Source of the DNA: an uncultured bacterium
GTDB lineage: Bacteria; CSSED10-310
NCBI GenBank assembly: GCA_964404285.1
Contig: CAYOJK010000007.1
Location: forward strand, 89,130 to 153,129
DNA: 64,000 bases
Reading direction: 5' to 3'
Position numbers and translations under genes: made by a program. Of this stretch, positions 28,022-38,222 are shown piece after piece; position 1 is the first letter of the stretch; each line of letters opens with the position of its first letter. Under the pieces are notes generated by a model that had not been told where the DNA came from, did not search any database, and saw only the letters and a program-made list of their open reading frames with translations.

Positions 28022-28894
28022 CTGAATCAAAATACTTCTAAAGCTTACTTTTGCAGTTTCATTCTTTTAATCTGCCTGGCGTGTGGCGGCTGCTCAGTCC
28101 GAAGAATTGCCAACAATGCCCTGATTGACCTGACAAGCGCTCTTTATCAACAGCGCGATGTGATTTTAGCTAAAGAGGCTTCAGCCCCTTTTCTCCTATT
28201 GACAGATACGATGATATTGCGACACCCTACCGATCCAATGTATCTCCTTGGAGGCGTTCAAGCTTATGCTGCTTATGCCTCGGCTTTTCTGGTGGGAACA
28301 GACCAAAAACGAGCTTTTACGTTGTTTGACCAAGCATTGAAATATGGTTTTTCGTTATGGGAAACTAGTTTTGGGTGGAAATATGTGCGCATGATACCCT
28401 TGGATGATTGGGATCAAGCGCTACAACGTGTCTCTGTTGACGATATTGCGATTCTTTTCTGGACAGCCAATACATGGGCCTCATGGATCACTGTACACCC
28501 TGATTCAATTCTGGCAATTTCAGATCTGTCACATGTTGTGGCGGCAATGAATCGGGTCCTTGAACTGGATGAGACATATCAAGATGGCGCAGTGCATTTG
28601 TTTTTCGGAATGTATTATGCCGTCCAACCGGCAGGACTTGGCAGAGATCTAAAAAAGTCTCACGATCATTTTCAAAATGCTATTCGGCTTGCGGGACCGG
28701 AAGCCATGCTTCCTCGGGTCTTATATGCACGTTATTATGCTAGAGCTAATTTTGATGAAGAGCTATTTACAGAGCTTCTGGAAGGTGTTTTAGCATCTCC
28801 TGTGGAGTTTTCTGATCCTAATCTAAACTTAATGAATGCCATAGCTCGAGATCGTGCGGCAGAATATCTCTCACAAATCAATGAATTGTTTTAA
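28022..28894 (+). CDS. tatT: TRAP transporter TatT-component family lipoprotein (probable CTG start; annotated GTG at 28160)
   Basis: The TatT-like helical body is followed by dctPQM. An in-frame upstream extension encodes MNQNTSKAYFCSFILLICLAC|GGCS (a lipobox). It is preceded by the SD GGGGGAGG 5 nt before CTG 28022, and no ATG, GTG or TTG is available. Confidence 0.55.
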   Translation: MNQNTSKAYFCSFILLICLACGGCSVRRIANNALIDLTSALYQQRDVILAKEASAPFLLLTDTMILRHPTDPMYLLGGVQAYAAYASAFLVGTDQKRAFTLFDQALKYGFSLWETSFGWKYVRMIPLDDWDQALQRVSVDDIAILFWTANTWASWITVHPDSILAISDLSHVVAAMNRVLELDETYQDGAVHLFFGMYYAVQPAGLGRDLKKSHDHFQNAIRLAGPEAMLPRVLYARYYARANFDEELFTELLEGVLASPVEFSDPNLNLMNAIARDRAAEYLSQINELF

Positions 28895-28908
28895 AGCATG
28901 GAGGAAAC

Positions 28909-29934
28909 ATGACTAACCCAATTATTCGCAGCGCTATTATAATCGCAATCCTGTCATTTGCTTTTGCTCTATCTTCTCCCGCCTGTGCTAACACCTTAAA
29001 ACTGGCGACAATGGCTCCAGAAGGAAGTATTTGGATGCAACAGGTTGAAGCATTGAACAAAGAACTAGCAGAAGTCACCAAAGGACAGGTTTCTTTCAAA
29101 GTTTATCCGGGTGGCATCATGGGCGATGATGATGTTGTATTGAGAAAAATCCGGGTAGGCCAATTGGATGGCGCCTTATTTACGACTAATGCTCTTTCCA
29201 AATTAAATGATGATATCTATTTACTTACCTACCCAGGAATCTTTTTAAACGATCAGGAAGTTGATCATTTTCTTGAATCGCAAGAAGATTTTTTTGTATC
29301 ACGGCTTCAATCTGAGGGTTATGAAGTTCTGGGAATCATGAGCTTAGGATTTACCTATGCCTATGCTACGTTTCCTATTCAGGATATGAGCGACATGAAA
29401 AATGCTAAAGCTTGGTTGTGGGATAACGATCAAGTAATGAATACTATGTATTCAAAGCTAGGGATAGCGCCAATAACAGTCAGTATTGGCGACGTAATGA
29501 CAGCTTTGCAAACCGGGCTTTTAAATACGGTCTTCAACACCCCCACAGGTATTGTATCGATGCAATGGTTTTCACGGGTCAAATATATGCTGGATTTTCC
29601 ACTGACACATTCATTCGGCGCTTTTGTCGTTAAAACATCCAGCTGGAAAAAAGTACCGGACGATCTGAAACCTAACATTAAAAATCTTGTTAAAAAATAT
29701 ACAGATGGTATTACAGAAAAAAACCGTATTGAAGATGACAAAGCTAAAGCGATCCTTCAAAGCCGAGGTATCACAATTTTGACGCCATCGCCTGAATTAA
29801 CCGATAATCTGCATGCTCTGTTTACAGAAGTTAGGGCTGATTTATTGCCGACTAGTATGGTTGAATCTTATCAAAATATTTATTCTGTAGTAGAAAATTT
29901 TAGAGTTAACTCGACACAGGCAACAACAGATTGA
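28909..29934 (+). CDS. dctP: TRAP transporter substrate-binding protein (DctP family)
   Basis: It has a signal peptide and the DctP fold. It sits immediately upstream of dctQM. Confidence 0.85.
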   Translation: MTNPIIRSAIIIAILSFAFALSSPACANTLKLATMAPEGSIWMQQVEALNKELAEVTKGQVSFKVYPGGIMGDDDVVLRKIRVGQLDGALFTTNALSKLNDDIYLLTYPGIFLNDQEVDHFLESQEDFFVSRLQSEGYEVLGIMSLGFTYAYATFPIQDMSDMKNAKAWLWDNDQVMNTMYSKLGIAPITVSIGDVMTALQTGLLNTVFNTPTGIVSMQWFSRVKYMLDFPLTHSFGAFVVKTSSWKKVPDDLKPNIKNLVKKYTDGITEKNRIEDDKAKAILQSRGITILTPSPELTDNLHALFTEVRADLLPTSMVESYQNIYSVVENFRVNSTQATTD

Positions 29935-30416
29935 AAAATTTTACCCGATTTTATCATAACCTTGAAAATACTGTTATGGTTGTATTGCTTCTGCTTCTGC
30001 TTCTGTTGTCTTTTTATCAGGTTGGCGGGCGCCTTTTTTTCAATACAGGTTTCAAGGATGGAGATACTATTGTTTATCATCTGGTTTTATGGACCGGCCT
30101 CTGGGGCGCTATCTTGGCTACCCGTGACAAACAACATATTACCATCGATGTGATCAGTCGCCTTACCTCAAAACATAACCAACTTCTTATTCAAGGTATA
30201 ACGAATCTATTCTCGGCAATTATCTGCGGAATTATCACCTGGGCTGCTATTTTATTCATTCGTGATGAAATCCAATATACGCAAACAAAGGTCTTATACC
30301 TTCCTCTATGGCTCTATCAATTGATTATTCCCTATACATTCCTAGTAATCTCGATTCGCTTTTTTAAGAATAGTACAAAGGATTTCTTAGCTTTTTCGAG
30401 AAAGGATCGATCATGA
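29931..30416 (+). CDS. dctQ: TRAP transporter small permease (DctQ)
   Basis: It is a 161-aa protein with 4 TM segments. It overlaps its neighbours by 4 nt on both sides. Confidence 0.8.
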   Translation: MKNFTRFYHNLENTVMVVLLLLLLLLSFYQVGGRLFFNTGFKDGDTIVYHLVLWTGLWGAILATRDKQHITIDVISRLTSKHNQLLIQGITNLFSAIICGIITWAAILFIRDEIQYTQTKVLYLPLWLYQLIIPYTFLVISIRFFKNSTKDFLAFSRKDRS

Positions 30417-31675
30417 TTCTTCTCAGCGGCCTCATCACCATAGTCCTCGCATTACTGGGAACCCCTCTCTTTGTCATCATTGCCGCTAATGCTCTGATTC
30501 AACTTCATGTTGTGCAATATGACATAACGCTGATGATTATTGAACTCTATCGTCTTGCAAACATGCCGATGCTTTTGCCAATTCCTTTATTTACGCTTGC
30601 CGGTTATATATTAGCGGAAAGCGGCGCTCCTCAAAGGCTGGTCAGAGTCTCCCAGGCGCTTTTTGGATGGATGCCCGGCGGCCTTGCAATTGTATGTATT
30701 GTCGCCTGCGCGATTTTTACTGCTTTTACCGGAGCCTCCGGTGTAACCATCATTGCATTGGGAGGGTTGATCTACCCAGCCCTACTAAAAGAAAACTATC
30801 CAGAACGGTTTTCTCTTGGCTTGATTACCTCGTCAGGAAGTCTTGGATTACTGTTTGCGCCTAGTCTTCCATTGATTTTATATGGAATAACAGCCCAAGT
30901 CTCAATTGATGACCTATTTAAAGCCGGTGTACTCCCCGGAATACTGATCTTGGCCTTTTTAGGTGTGTACAGTGGATTTAAAGCCAATGCATTCAAAGTA
31001 AAACGTCCTGCATTTAATCTTCAAGAACTGGGCAAAGCTCTTTGGGAAGCCCGATATGAAATCCCGTTGCCCATCATTATTTTATCCACCATTTATTCAG
31101 GAATACTCGCTATTTCAGAAGCTGCCGTATTCACAGTTTTTCTTGTTCTTTTTGTCGAAGCTATACTCTACCGAGAAATCAATCTGGCTCACCTTAACGA
31201 TATTGCTCGAAAAAGCACGATACTGGTCGGTGGAATCTTAATCATAATGGGATGTTCATTAGCCTATACAAATTGCCTTTTGGATGCTGAAATACCCATG
31301 AAAATTCTTGCTTGGCTTCAGAGTTTTATCAGCAGCCGAATTGCATTTTTGATTGCGCTAAACCTGTTTTTACTGCTTGTGGGATGTATGCTGGATATTT
31401 TCTCAGCTCTTATTGTCATTGTGCCTTTGATATTGCCTATTTCGCGAGAATTTGGGATCGACCCGATTCATCTTGGCATTATCTTCTTAGCCAATTTGAA
31501 TATAGGATATATGACTCCTCCTGTTGGCCTGAATCTATTTATCGCTTCATTACGATTTAAAAAGCCCGTTATCACACTTTACCTTGCCACTGTTCCTTTT
31601 CTTGTTTTTATGCTGGCAGCTTTAATCCTAATAACATATATCCCCTCTATCTCCCTGTGGTTTGTCAACCTTTGA
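30413..31675 (+). CDS. dctM: TRAP transporter large permease (DctM)
   Basis: It is a 420-aa polytopic membrane protein with the DctM family pattern. Confidence 0.85.
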   Translation: MILLSGLITIVLALLGTPLFVIIAANALIQLHVVQYDITLMIIELYRLANMPMLLPIPLFTLAGYILAESGAPQRLVRVSQALFGWMPGGLAIVCIVACAIFTAFTGASGVTIIALGGLIYPALLKENYPERFSLGLITSSGSLGLLFAPSLPLILYGITAQVSIDDLFKAGVLPGILILAFLGVYSGFKANAFKVKRPAFNLQELGKALWEARYEIPLPIIILSTIYSGILAISEAAVFTVFLVLFVEAILYREINLAHLNDIARKSTILVGGILIIMGCSLAYTNCLLDAEIPMKILAWLQSFISSRIAFLIALNLFLLLVGCMLDIFSALIVIVPLILPISREFGIDPIHLGIIFLANLNIGYMTPPVGLNLFIASLRFKKPVITLYLATVPFLVFMLAALILITYIPSISLWFVNL

Positions 31676-31768
31676 TTGAAGCGTCTATATTATGACGAAT
31701 CATTGCTTCAAATACTTTCCCTTAATATGGCATCAATCACTTGTGAATCTTCTTCACATTGATGGCAA

Positions 31769-33166
31769 TTGCAGATAAAATACTTTTTGGCTATGAGAAC
31801 AAAACACGATTTTCATGTTTATTTTCCTTTTCACAAGCAAGGTGAAGCCTATCTAGACTTACGCCAAGCGTTAAATGCTTCTGGAATTGAGGTGTGTGAA
31901 AATCTTGACTCAATTGAATCGCCCGATGCACTGCTCACGTGGTTTCATGGACACGGTCGGGTAACAAAAAAGGTGTATTCTCAGTTAACACATTTCGACT
32001 GTCCTATTATTGGAATTGAACAACTTGAATCAGGCGACAAATCTGACCCTGTTGCAATATTTGACCTACAATTAAGCTTTAACACTCCTGTAATGGTTAT
32101 AGCCCATGCTGTTTATTCCCAAATTCTGCTCCACCGTTCCAAAAAAGATCTAAACGATATAACAGCTCAATTGAATTATCATCGGATAAAACTGGATGAC
32201 GTCGTCACACTAGGAGTCCAACTCGCTCAAACACTATCATACCGGGAACTATTTCAACTGCTTGTTGATCATGCAAGTTCGTTGCTTCCTACATTTAGCC
32301 ATGCTTTTTATACTATTGACTCCAATAACGGTGAATGTCAATTGCGCTCAATCCAATCCACATTGGATATCAACGAATCTAGTCTTCCAACATCATTTCA
32401 AATTAGTAGAGATGTATTTGCAGAGCTGAAAGCTTTACAAAAACCGTTTGTTATTTGTAATCGAGCGTCACAATGGACGCATCAACTGCTGGAACTCTTC
32501 AACCAGCCACATTCGTTGTTGATTACACCTATAGTATCCAAAGACAACCTGTTGGGAATTTTAGTTTCTATTCATCATATTGAACAGCAACAAGATTTCG
32601 AAGCGGATATTGAGCGATTGGAAGTATTGGCTGCTTTTTCTGCCGTCAGTATGGGAAACGCCTTTGTATATGAACAAACCGAGGCTCTTTCAAAAATCGA
32701 TGATTTGACAGGTGTATATAATTTCTTTTTCATTCAAACCCGCCTGGATCAATTGATAAAAAATCGAAAATCATTTTCATTGATATTTTTAGATCTGGAT
32801 GGTTTTAAAACGATCAATCAACGTTTTGGCCATAAAACGGGAAACAAGGCCTTGCAAGACACAGCGAAAATAATCATGAAAATGGTGACTTCCGACAGTA
32901 TTTGTGGAAGATTTGGTGGTGATGAATTTGTTGTTATCATGCAAGATGTAGAAGCGAAAAATGCCAAAGACTGGACAGAAGACGTCATTCACTCAATAGA
33001 AAAAATCGTTATCAACTCAACGGTTCGCCTTTCTGCCAGCGCTGGAATTGCGGAATATCCCGTCGATGCCAACGATTTAAACTCGATTATTCATGCCGCC
33101 GATACAGCTATGTATGCAGCAAAAGATCTAGGTCGAGGATTCGTATTGTCGTTTAGAAATTTATAA
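31769..33166 (+). CDS. Diguanylate cyclase (GAF-like sensor + GGDEF)
   Basis: Its C-terminal domain has RFGGDEFVVI, an A-site and an upstream I-site region. Confidence 0.85.
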   Translation: MQIKYFLAMRTKHDFHVYFPFHKQGEAYLDLRQALNASGIEVCENLDSIESPDALLTWFHGHGRVTKKVYSQLTHFDCPIIGIEQLESGDKSDPVAIFDLQLSFNTPVMVIAHAVYSQILLHRSKKDLNDITAQLNYHRIKLDDVVTLGVQLAQTLSYRELFQLLVDHASSLLPTFSHAFYTIDSNNGECQLRSIQSTLDINESSLPTSFQISRDVFAELKALQKPFVICNRASQWTHQLLELFNQPHSLLITPIVSKDNLLGILVSIHHIEQQQDFEADIERLEVLAAFSAVSMGNAFVYEQTEALSKIDDLTGVYNFFFIQTRLDQLIKNRKSFSLIFLDLDGFKTINQRFGHKTGNKALQDTAKIIMKMVTSDSICGRFGGDEFVVIMQDVEAKNAKDWTEDVIHSIEKIVINSTVRLSASAGIAEYPVDANDLNSIIHAADTAMYAAKDLGRGFVLSFRNL

Positions 33167-33912
33167 TGGAGGGTATCATGCGAACGAACAAAATGTTTTA
33201 TTTATGTCTTTTCATTTTGTTCATCACGGGCTGTTCTCGAACACTTATCCTGTTATCGCCGGAAGATTTGTATTACATCGGTAATCATTATATGCAGCAA
33301 AATAATTACCGATCAGCGACAGATCAATTTGAACGCATTATCAAAGATTATCCAACCAGCGAGTATGCTGCGGTTAGCCAATTCAAGCTTGCAGAGTCCC
33401 TTTACTTGAGAAAAAGCTATTCAAAATCCGCTCTAGAATTCGAGCTATTTCTGGAGTTCAATCCGGGGCATAAACTTGCGCCTCAAGCCCAGTATTATCT
33501 AGCCATGAGTAAATTCAATGCCATCATTAACCCGGAACGTGATATCACCGTTGCTGTCGAGTCAAAAAAGAATTTGGAACAGTTTTTAATGCGATACAAG
33601 GACCATCCTGATTGTGCACAGGTTGAAGTTCATTTAGGAAAAGTCATTGACCACTTACAAATCCATGAAATCGAGGTGGCAAAATCATATATTCGGATGA
33701 GATATTACCAATCGGCCATCAACCGGCTGGAACCGGTCCTGGAATCAAAGGCATCTGAAAGTATTCACCACCAGGCTTTATATGAGTTAGGTCGAGCTCA
33801 TCTTTATGCAAAAAATTCTGATGATGCCAAGAAATATCTGAATCAAGCAGCCTCGATCACCGTGGATGCAAAATATCAACATCGAGCTCAGAAACTGCTT
33901 CGCCGCCTATAA
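33166..33912 (+). CDS. bamD: Outer membrane protein assembly factor BamD (TPR lipoprotein)
   Basis: It has the lipobox ITGC, TPR repeats and the size and architecture of BamD. Confidence 0.75.
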   Translation: MEGIMRTNKMFYLCLFILFITGCSRTLILLSPEDLYYIGNHYMQQNNYRSATDQFERIIKDYPTSEYAAVSQFKLAESLYLRKSYSKSALEFELFLEFNPGHKLAPQAQYYLAMSKFNAIINPERDITVAVESKKNLEQFLMRYKDHPDCAQVEVHLGKVIDHLQIHEIEVAKSYIRMRYYQSAINRLEPVLESKASESIHHQALYELGRAHLYAKNSDDAKKYLNQAASITVDAKYQHRAQKLLRRL

Positions 33913-33932
33913 TTTAGCGTGAGTCATTCAGT

Positions 33933-35123
33933 TTACGTGACCAGCTTTTTTGCCTCCCTGGCAATAACAAGCTCTTCATTGGTAGCTATCACCATCACCT
34001 TGACCGCCCCCTTAGAGATAATAGGCGATTCAACTGATTCGTTTAGCTTCTGATTGAGTTCAATCCCTAAGAATTCCAGACCTTCAAGCGCCTTATTACG
34101 GATAATTGGATTGTTCTCACCAACACCTCCTGTAAATACGATACAATCAACTCCACCCAGTTCGGCAATATAGGCGCCAATATACTTTTTCAGTCGAAGG
34201 CAATATACATCGATACTGATTTTTGCTCTGGCATTATCGTTCTCCGCCGCCTTCAAAATATCTCTCATGTCATATGATTCTACCCCTGCCAGACCATACA
34301 TACCCGATTCATGGTTCAACAATGAATTGATCTCATCGTAATTCAACTCTTCTTTTTCCATCAGAAAAGGAACGATAGCAGGATCCATATCACCACATCG
34401 CGTCCCCATAACCAAACCTTCAAGCGGAGTGAATCCCATCGATGTATCAATTGATTTTCCATATCGAATAGCCGCAATCGAAGCGCCATTTCCCAAATGA
34501 CAGGTGATCACTTTTATGTCTTCCACTGAACAATTCATCAATTTAGCGGCTTCAGAACAACAAAACACGTGTGAGGTTCCATGAAAACCAAACCGTCTGA
34601 TTTTATATTTTTGATACAACTCATATGGAATTCCATATAGATATGCTTCCGGAGGCATAGTTTGATGGAACGCCGTATCAAAGACACCAACTTGCAAAAT
34701 ATTCGGCAGTATTTCCTGACAAACCCGTATGCCTAAAATATTAGGAGGATTGTGTAAGGGCGCCAAATCAGTACAAGACTCCATCACTTCAACCATTTCT
34801 TTATCAACAATGCTTGAACCCGAAAACCGTTCTCCACCATGCACCACTCTGTGGCCAATCGCTTGAATTTCATTTATATCTTTCAGGATATTAAACTCTT
34901 TTGAAGTAATGACATCCAGTATGGTCGAAAGAGCCTCTTTGTGATTGGGCACTCGTACCTTCTCTTGAAAAAGACCCTGATTACCATATTTCAGAATAAC
35001 TTTGCCCATCCTCCTCGAACCAATATTTTCAACTCTACCCTTTCCAAGCGCCTTTTCGGTGTCCATATCAAATACCTGGAATTTTATGGACGAACTACCG
35101 GCATTGATCACAAGAATTTTCAT
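33933..35123 (-). CDS. ackA: Acetate kinase
   Basis: It begins MKILVINAGSSSIKFQVF. I chose the internal ATG at 35123 with the SD GGGAGA upstream. The ORF track extends to 35213. Confidence 0.9.
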   Translation of the reverse strand: MKILVINAGSSSIKFQVFDMDTEKALGKGRVENIGSRRMGKVILKYGNQGLFQEKVRVPNHKEALSTILDVITSKEFNILKDINEIQAIGHRVVHGGERFSGSSIVDKEMVEVMESCTDLAPLHNPPNILGIRVCQEILPNILQVGVFDTAFHQTMPPEAYLYGIPYELYQKYKIRRFGFHGTSHVFCCSEAAKLMNCSVEDIKVITCHLGNGASIAAIRYGKSIDTSMGFTPLEGLVMGTRCGDMDPAIVPFLMEKEELNYDEINSLLNHESGMYGLAGVESYDMRDILKAAENDNARAKISIDVYCLRLKKYIGAYIAELGGVDCIVFTGGVGENNPIIRNKALEGLEFLGIELNQKLNESVESPIISKGAVKVMVIATNEELVIAREAKKLVT

Positions 35124-35266
35124 AGTATCTCCCAAAGTCGCATGTGTATTTCTTAAATGAAAAAACGAACCCACTACAGGCTCCATAATCGACCTTGACA
35201 GCCTGTTTGTCAACTAATAATAGTTCAGCTCAAATGATTTAAATCTGGATTTATTTAAGATTTTAT

Positions 35267-36727
35267 CTATTCCACATAACCCAAAGAACGCAGCTTATCC
35301 ATCTCGCGAATCTCACCAGGATCAAATTCAACTTGTCTAGGCAGTAAATGCATATTTAGAACATTTGTTATTTGCTGCATCAGCTTTGTTTTTATTTGTG
35401 GATAGCGATCACTGATATCCTCTGTCTCAGAAGGATCTTCTGATATATTGAAAAGCAAATGTTCATCTGTATCAATAGCGCTGATCAACTTAAAATGTGG
35501 ATTATATGCCGCTAAAACAAGACCTTTACTGAGTTCTTTTCGCATTAGCGGTGGCGCCATCGTCATCCAAGAGGTATTTATGCCGGTTGAATTGAGTATC
35601 ATGGTTTGTTTCAAATCCATACCCCGGCCAGAAAATTCTTGATTTTCAAACTGACAAATCGACAAAGTCGTTGGAAAAATATCTTCATGACAGGCAATTG
35701 CCTTGGCCACGCGGTTCTGAATTTTGTTCAGCGGGAAACGAACAATCCATGGAACATGTGTTGCTGTTTCCCATAATCTATCTCCGTGAGCATAAAAATA
35801 ATCATGCTCAAAGCCTTCCCCATGATCCGAAGTCAAGATTACAAGGGTGCGCTCCCATCGCCCTTTTGATTGAAGGTAACGCCTCAATTGCTCAAGATGG
35901 TAGTCAACATAACACACTTCCGAAAGATACGCCGTCCAGTATTTGTGAAGCGTTTTCGAATCCGTTACAGATGTCATCGGATTACTGACTAACACCATAA
36001 AATCTTCAGCAGCACGAGCGCGCTCCGCGTGTTCTGAATATTTTTTTATTTGTTCAACGGAATAGTTTTCAACTTCTTTATTGATTTCATGGTCATCTCG
36101 TAATGAACGTATATAAGGCTCTCTATCTTGATAAGGGGCATGAGGATCGAACAAATGTAGCCAAATAAAAAAAGGGCTGGAATCAAGTGAATTTAACCAG
36201 TTTGTACAACTCGCAATCGTGTCGACTGCGTCTCGTTCTAAATGTGCCTTTGACCATTCATCATCATAAAGTTCAAACCCGGAATCCAAACCACAAGTTC
36301 GCGCTGTCAAAGAATAACCACTTAGAAATGCAGCTGTACGATATCCCGCATCCTTAAACACTTGTGCTAAACAGACATGCTTTTGAGAATATTTCATCGC
36401 ATTTCTAAAGACTTTGTGAGCAATTGGTGACAGTCCTGTCATGATGGTTGTATGTGACGGACCGGTGGTTGGGACAGGAGCATAAGCTCGTGGAAAAACC
36501 ATTCCTTTTCGAGACAATGAATCTGAAAATGGGGAATAGACATTAGGATTACCATACGCACCTATAGCATCAGCTCTGCAAGTATCGATAGTTATCAATA
36601 GAACATCCGGGTGGCGAACGCCGGCTATATCCTGAAGTCGGTGAAGGTAATCGTAAGCGTAGTACAAACTAATTCCAAGAAAAATCAGTAGGCCTGTCAG
36701 AAAAACATAGAACTTACGATAAAACAT
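35267..36727 (-). CDS. Sulfatase-like hydrolase/transferase (alkaline phosphatase superfamily), membrane-anchored
   Basis: It has an N-terminal TM segment and the blocks ITIDTCRADAIG and TTGPSHTTIMTG. It overlaps the upstream GT-C-like membrane gene (ATGA). Confidence 0.7.
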   Translation of the reverse strand: MFYRKFYVFLTGLLIFLGISLYYAYDYLHRLQDIAGVRHPDVLLITIDTCRADAIGAYGNPNVYSPFSDSLSRKGMVFPRAYAPVPTTGPSHTTIMTGLSPIAHKVFRNAMKYSQKHVCLAQVFKDAGYRTAAFLSGYSLTARTCGLDSGFELYDDEWSKAHLERDAVDTIASCTNWLNSLDSSPFFIWLHLFDPHAPYQDREPYIRSLRDDHEINKEVENYSVEQIKKYSEHAERARAAEDFMVLVSNPMTSVTDSKTLHKYWTAYLSEVCYVDYHLEQLRRYLQSKGRWERTLVILTSDHGEGFEHDYFYAHGDRLWETATHVPWIVRFPLNKIQNRVAKAIACHEDIFPTTLSICQFENQEFSGRGMDLKQTMILNSTGINTSWMTMAPPLMRKELSKGLVLAAYNPHFKLISAIDTDEHLLFNISEDPSETEDISDRYPQIKTKLMQQITNVLNMHLLPRQVEFDPGEIREMDKLRSLGYVE

Positions 36728-36728
36728 A

Positions 36729-38219
36729 TCACTCCTTAAGAAATGAGTCTTTCAACACATAATAAGAAAAATAACGTTCATCTACAACCGAGGTTTTTAT
36801 CGTATACTGAGACAAAAACGCCGGATTGTTCGGTAGATACTTTTCGTTCAAAACAGGTGACGCTCGCAACATATCGAATGATAATTCTTCGATTAAAACC
36901 ACATCCGGTTTACGGGAAATAATGATGTCATCAATTATCTTTTTTTCTTCCTTTTCCGATCGAGTCTGATGGATGATCTGGGCAATCTCTTTATCGTTGA
37001 GTCCACCCCGATCAATCGTTGTAAATTTTGAATGATAAGGAATTATTCCGGCTAAACCCGTACTGAGAATAGTTGTTTCTGGAAAAGATTTATTCAGCCA
37101 TTCTCCAACTAACTTCCAATCCTTCATATGCTCGTTTTCCCAAGTCAGAATCTCAAAATATCGGGTAGGTCTAAATCGAAAAAGATCATATTTTGCCGAT
37201 ATAACGGAAACAAGAATACCAGCGATCAATATAATTCCTAAAAGCACTTGCACCATCCCCTTTTCAATATGAATCCAGAATCTCGATGCTGCCAGGGCAA
37301 AAAGAGGTATCACTGGAACGATAAAGCGTCCGTATGGCATCCAATCACCACCGATATGATAGACATAAATCAGATAGCCGCTGCCCATTACTATCGATGG
37401 TAGGATAGATTTTCTAACTTTTTTTTCAAAGAGGCCGAAATACGCTATAGGCACAGTGACAACTCCAGTCATTGCTGCATAACGCTTAAAATATGCCCCT
37501 CCTCCTCCCTGAAACCGATGGCTTTTAACCCAGAAAGTGTTTGGCGCCCATGCCTGATAATAAATATATCGAAAAAAGATATGAGGAAGAAAAACTAGAG
37601 CATATCCACCCAAGTACTCCAACCAATTTTGGGGATGAGATCGAAAAATAAAAAATACGGTTATAGCAAATAAAGTAAAGAACAATATGCCTTCAGGGCG
37701 AGTCAATGTAGATAAACCAAAGCACACCCCACAAAAAAAACGACCTAAGGAATTATTTTTTTCATGAAAATAGATCGCGGTGACAAGGCAAAGAGTAAAT
37801 AAAATCGTTTCCAGGCCGGCAACCGCCCACATCTGGACACCTGGACATACGGCAACAATAAATGCAGCTAAAGCGCCGGAAAGCTTATCACTTTTCTTAT
37901 CTACAGTGGTAAAAATCAGAATTGACAATAATAACAGCCCCATCATTAGACCGGTTATCTTTGCTGCAAAAGGAAAATTCAGAAAAGATCGCGGCAGCGC
38001 CATCAATAAAATCCATAGAAAATTTGTATATCCTTCAACTCTATCTCCAGGATTAAAAACCAGCCCTTTACCCTCAAGCATATGATCACAATAGCGAAAG
38101 CTGATGTAGGCATCTTCGACGGTATAAAACCAGTATGTATGTGTTCCTGCCAAAAATAACAGTAATGCGCCTGTTATAAAGCAGATACGTACGATCCTGT
38201 AAAGGTCAAATGATATCAT
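36729..38219 (-). CDS. Polytopic membrane protein, probable GT-C-fold glycosyltransferase
   Basis: It has about 11 TM segments and an EDAYISFRY (D/E-x-Y type) motif in the first periplasmic loop. Confidence 0.45.
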   Translation of the reverse strand: MISFDLYRIVRICFITGALLLFLAGTHTYWFYTVEDAYISFRYCDHMLEGKGLVFNPGDRVEGYTNFLWILLMALPRSFLNFPFAAKITGLMMGLLLLSILIFTTVDKKSDKLSGALAAFIVAVCPGVQMWAVAGLETILFTLCLVTAIYFHEKNNSLGRFFCGVCFGLSTLTRPEGILFFTLFAITVFFIFRSHPQNWLEYLGGYALVFLPHIFFRYIYYQAWAPNTFWVKSHRFQGGGGAYFKRYAAMTGVVTVPIAYFGLFEKKVRKSILPSIVMGSGYLIYVYHIGGDWMPYGRFIVPVIPLFALAASRFWIHIEKGMVQVLLGIILIAGILVSVISAKYDLFRFRPTRYFEILTWENEHMKDWKLVGEWLNKSFPETTILSTGLAGIIPYHSKFTTIDRGGLNDKEIAQIIHQTRSEKEEKKIIDDIIISRKPDVVLIEELSFDMLRASPVLNEKYLPNNPAFLSQYTIKTSVVDERYFSYYVLKDSFLKE

Positions 38220-38222
38220 TGT

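Noticed and set aside
33933-35213. 30-aa N-terminal extension of ackA in the ORF track.
   Set aside because: The acetate kinase family starts at MKILVINAGSSS, and an SD (GGGAGA) precedes that ATG at 35123.
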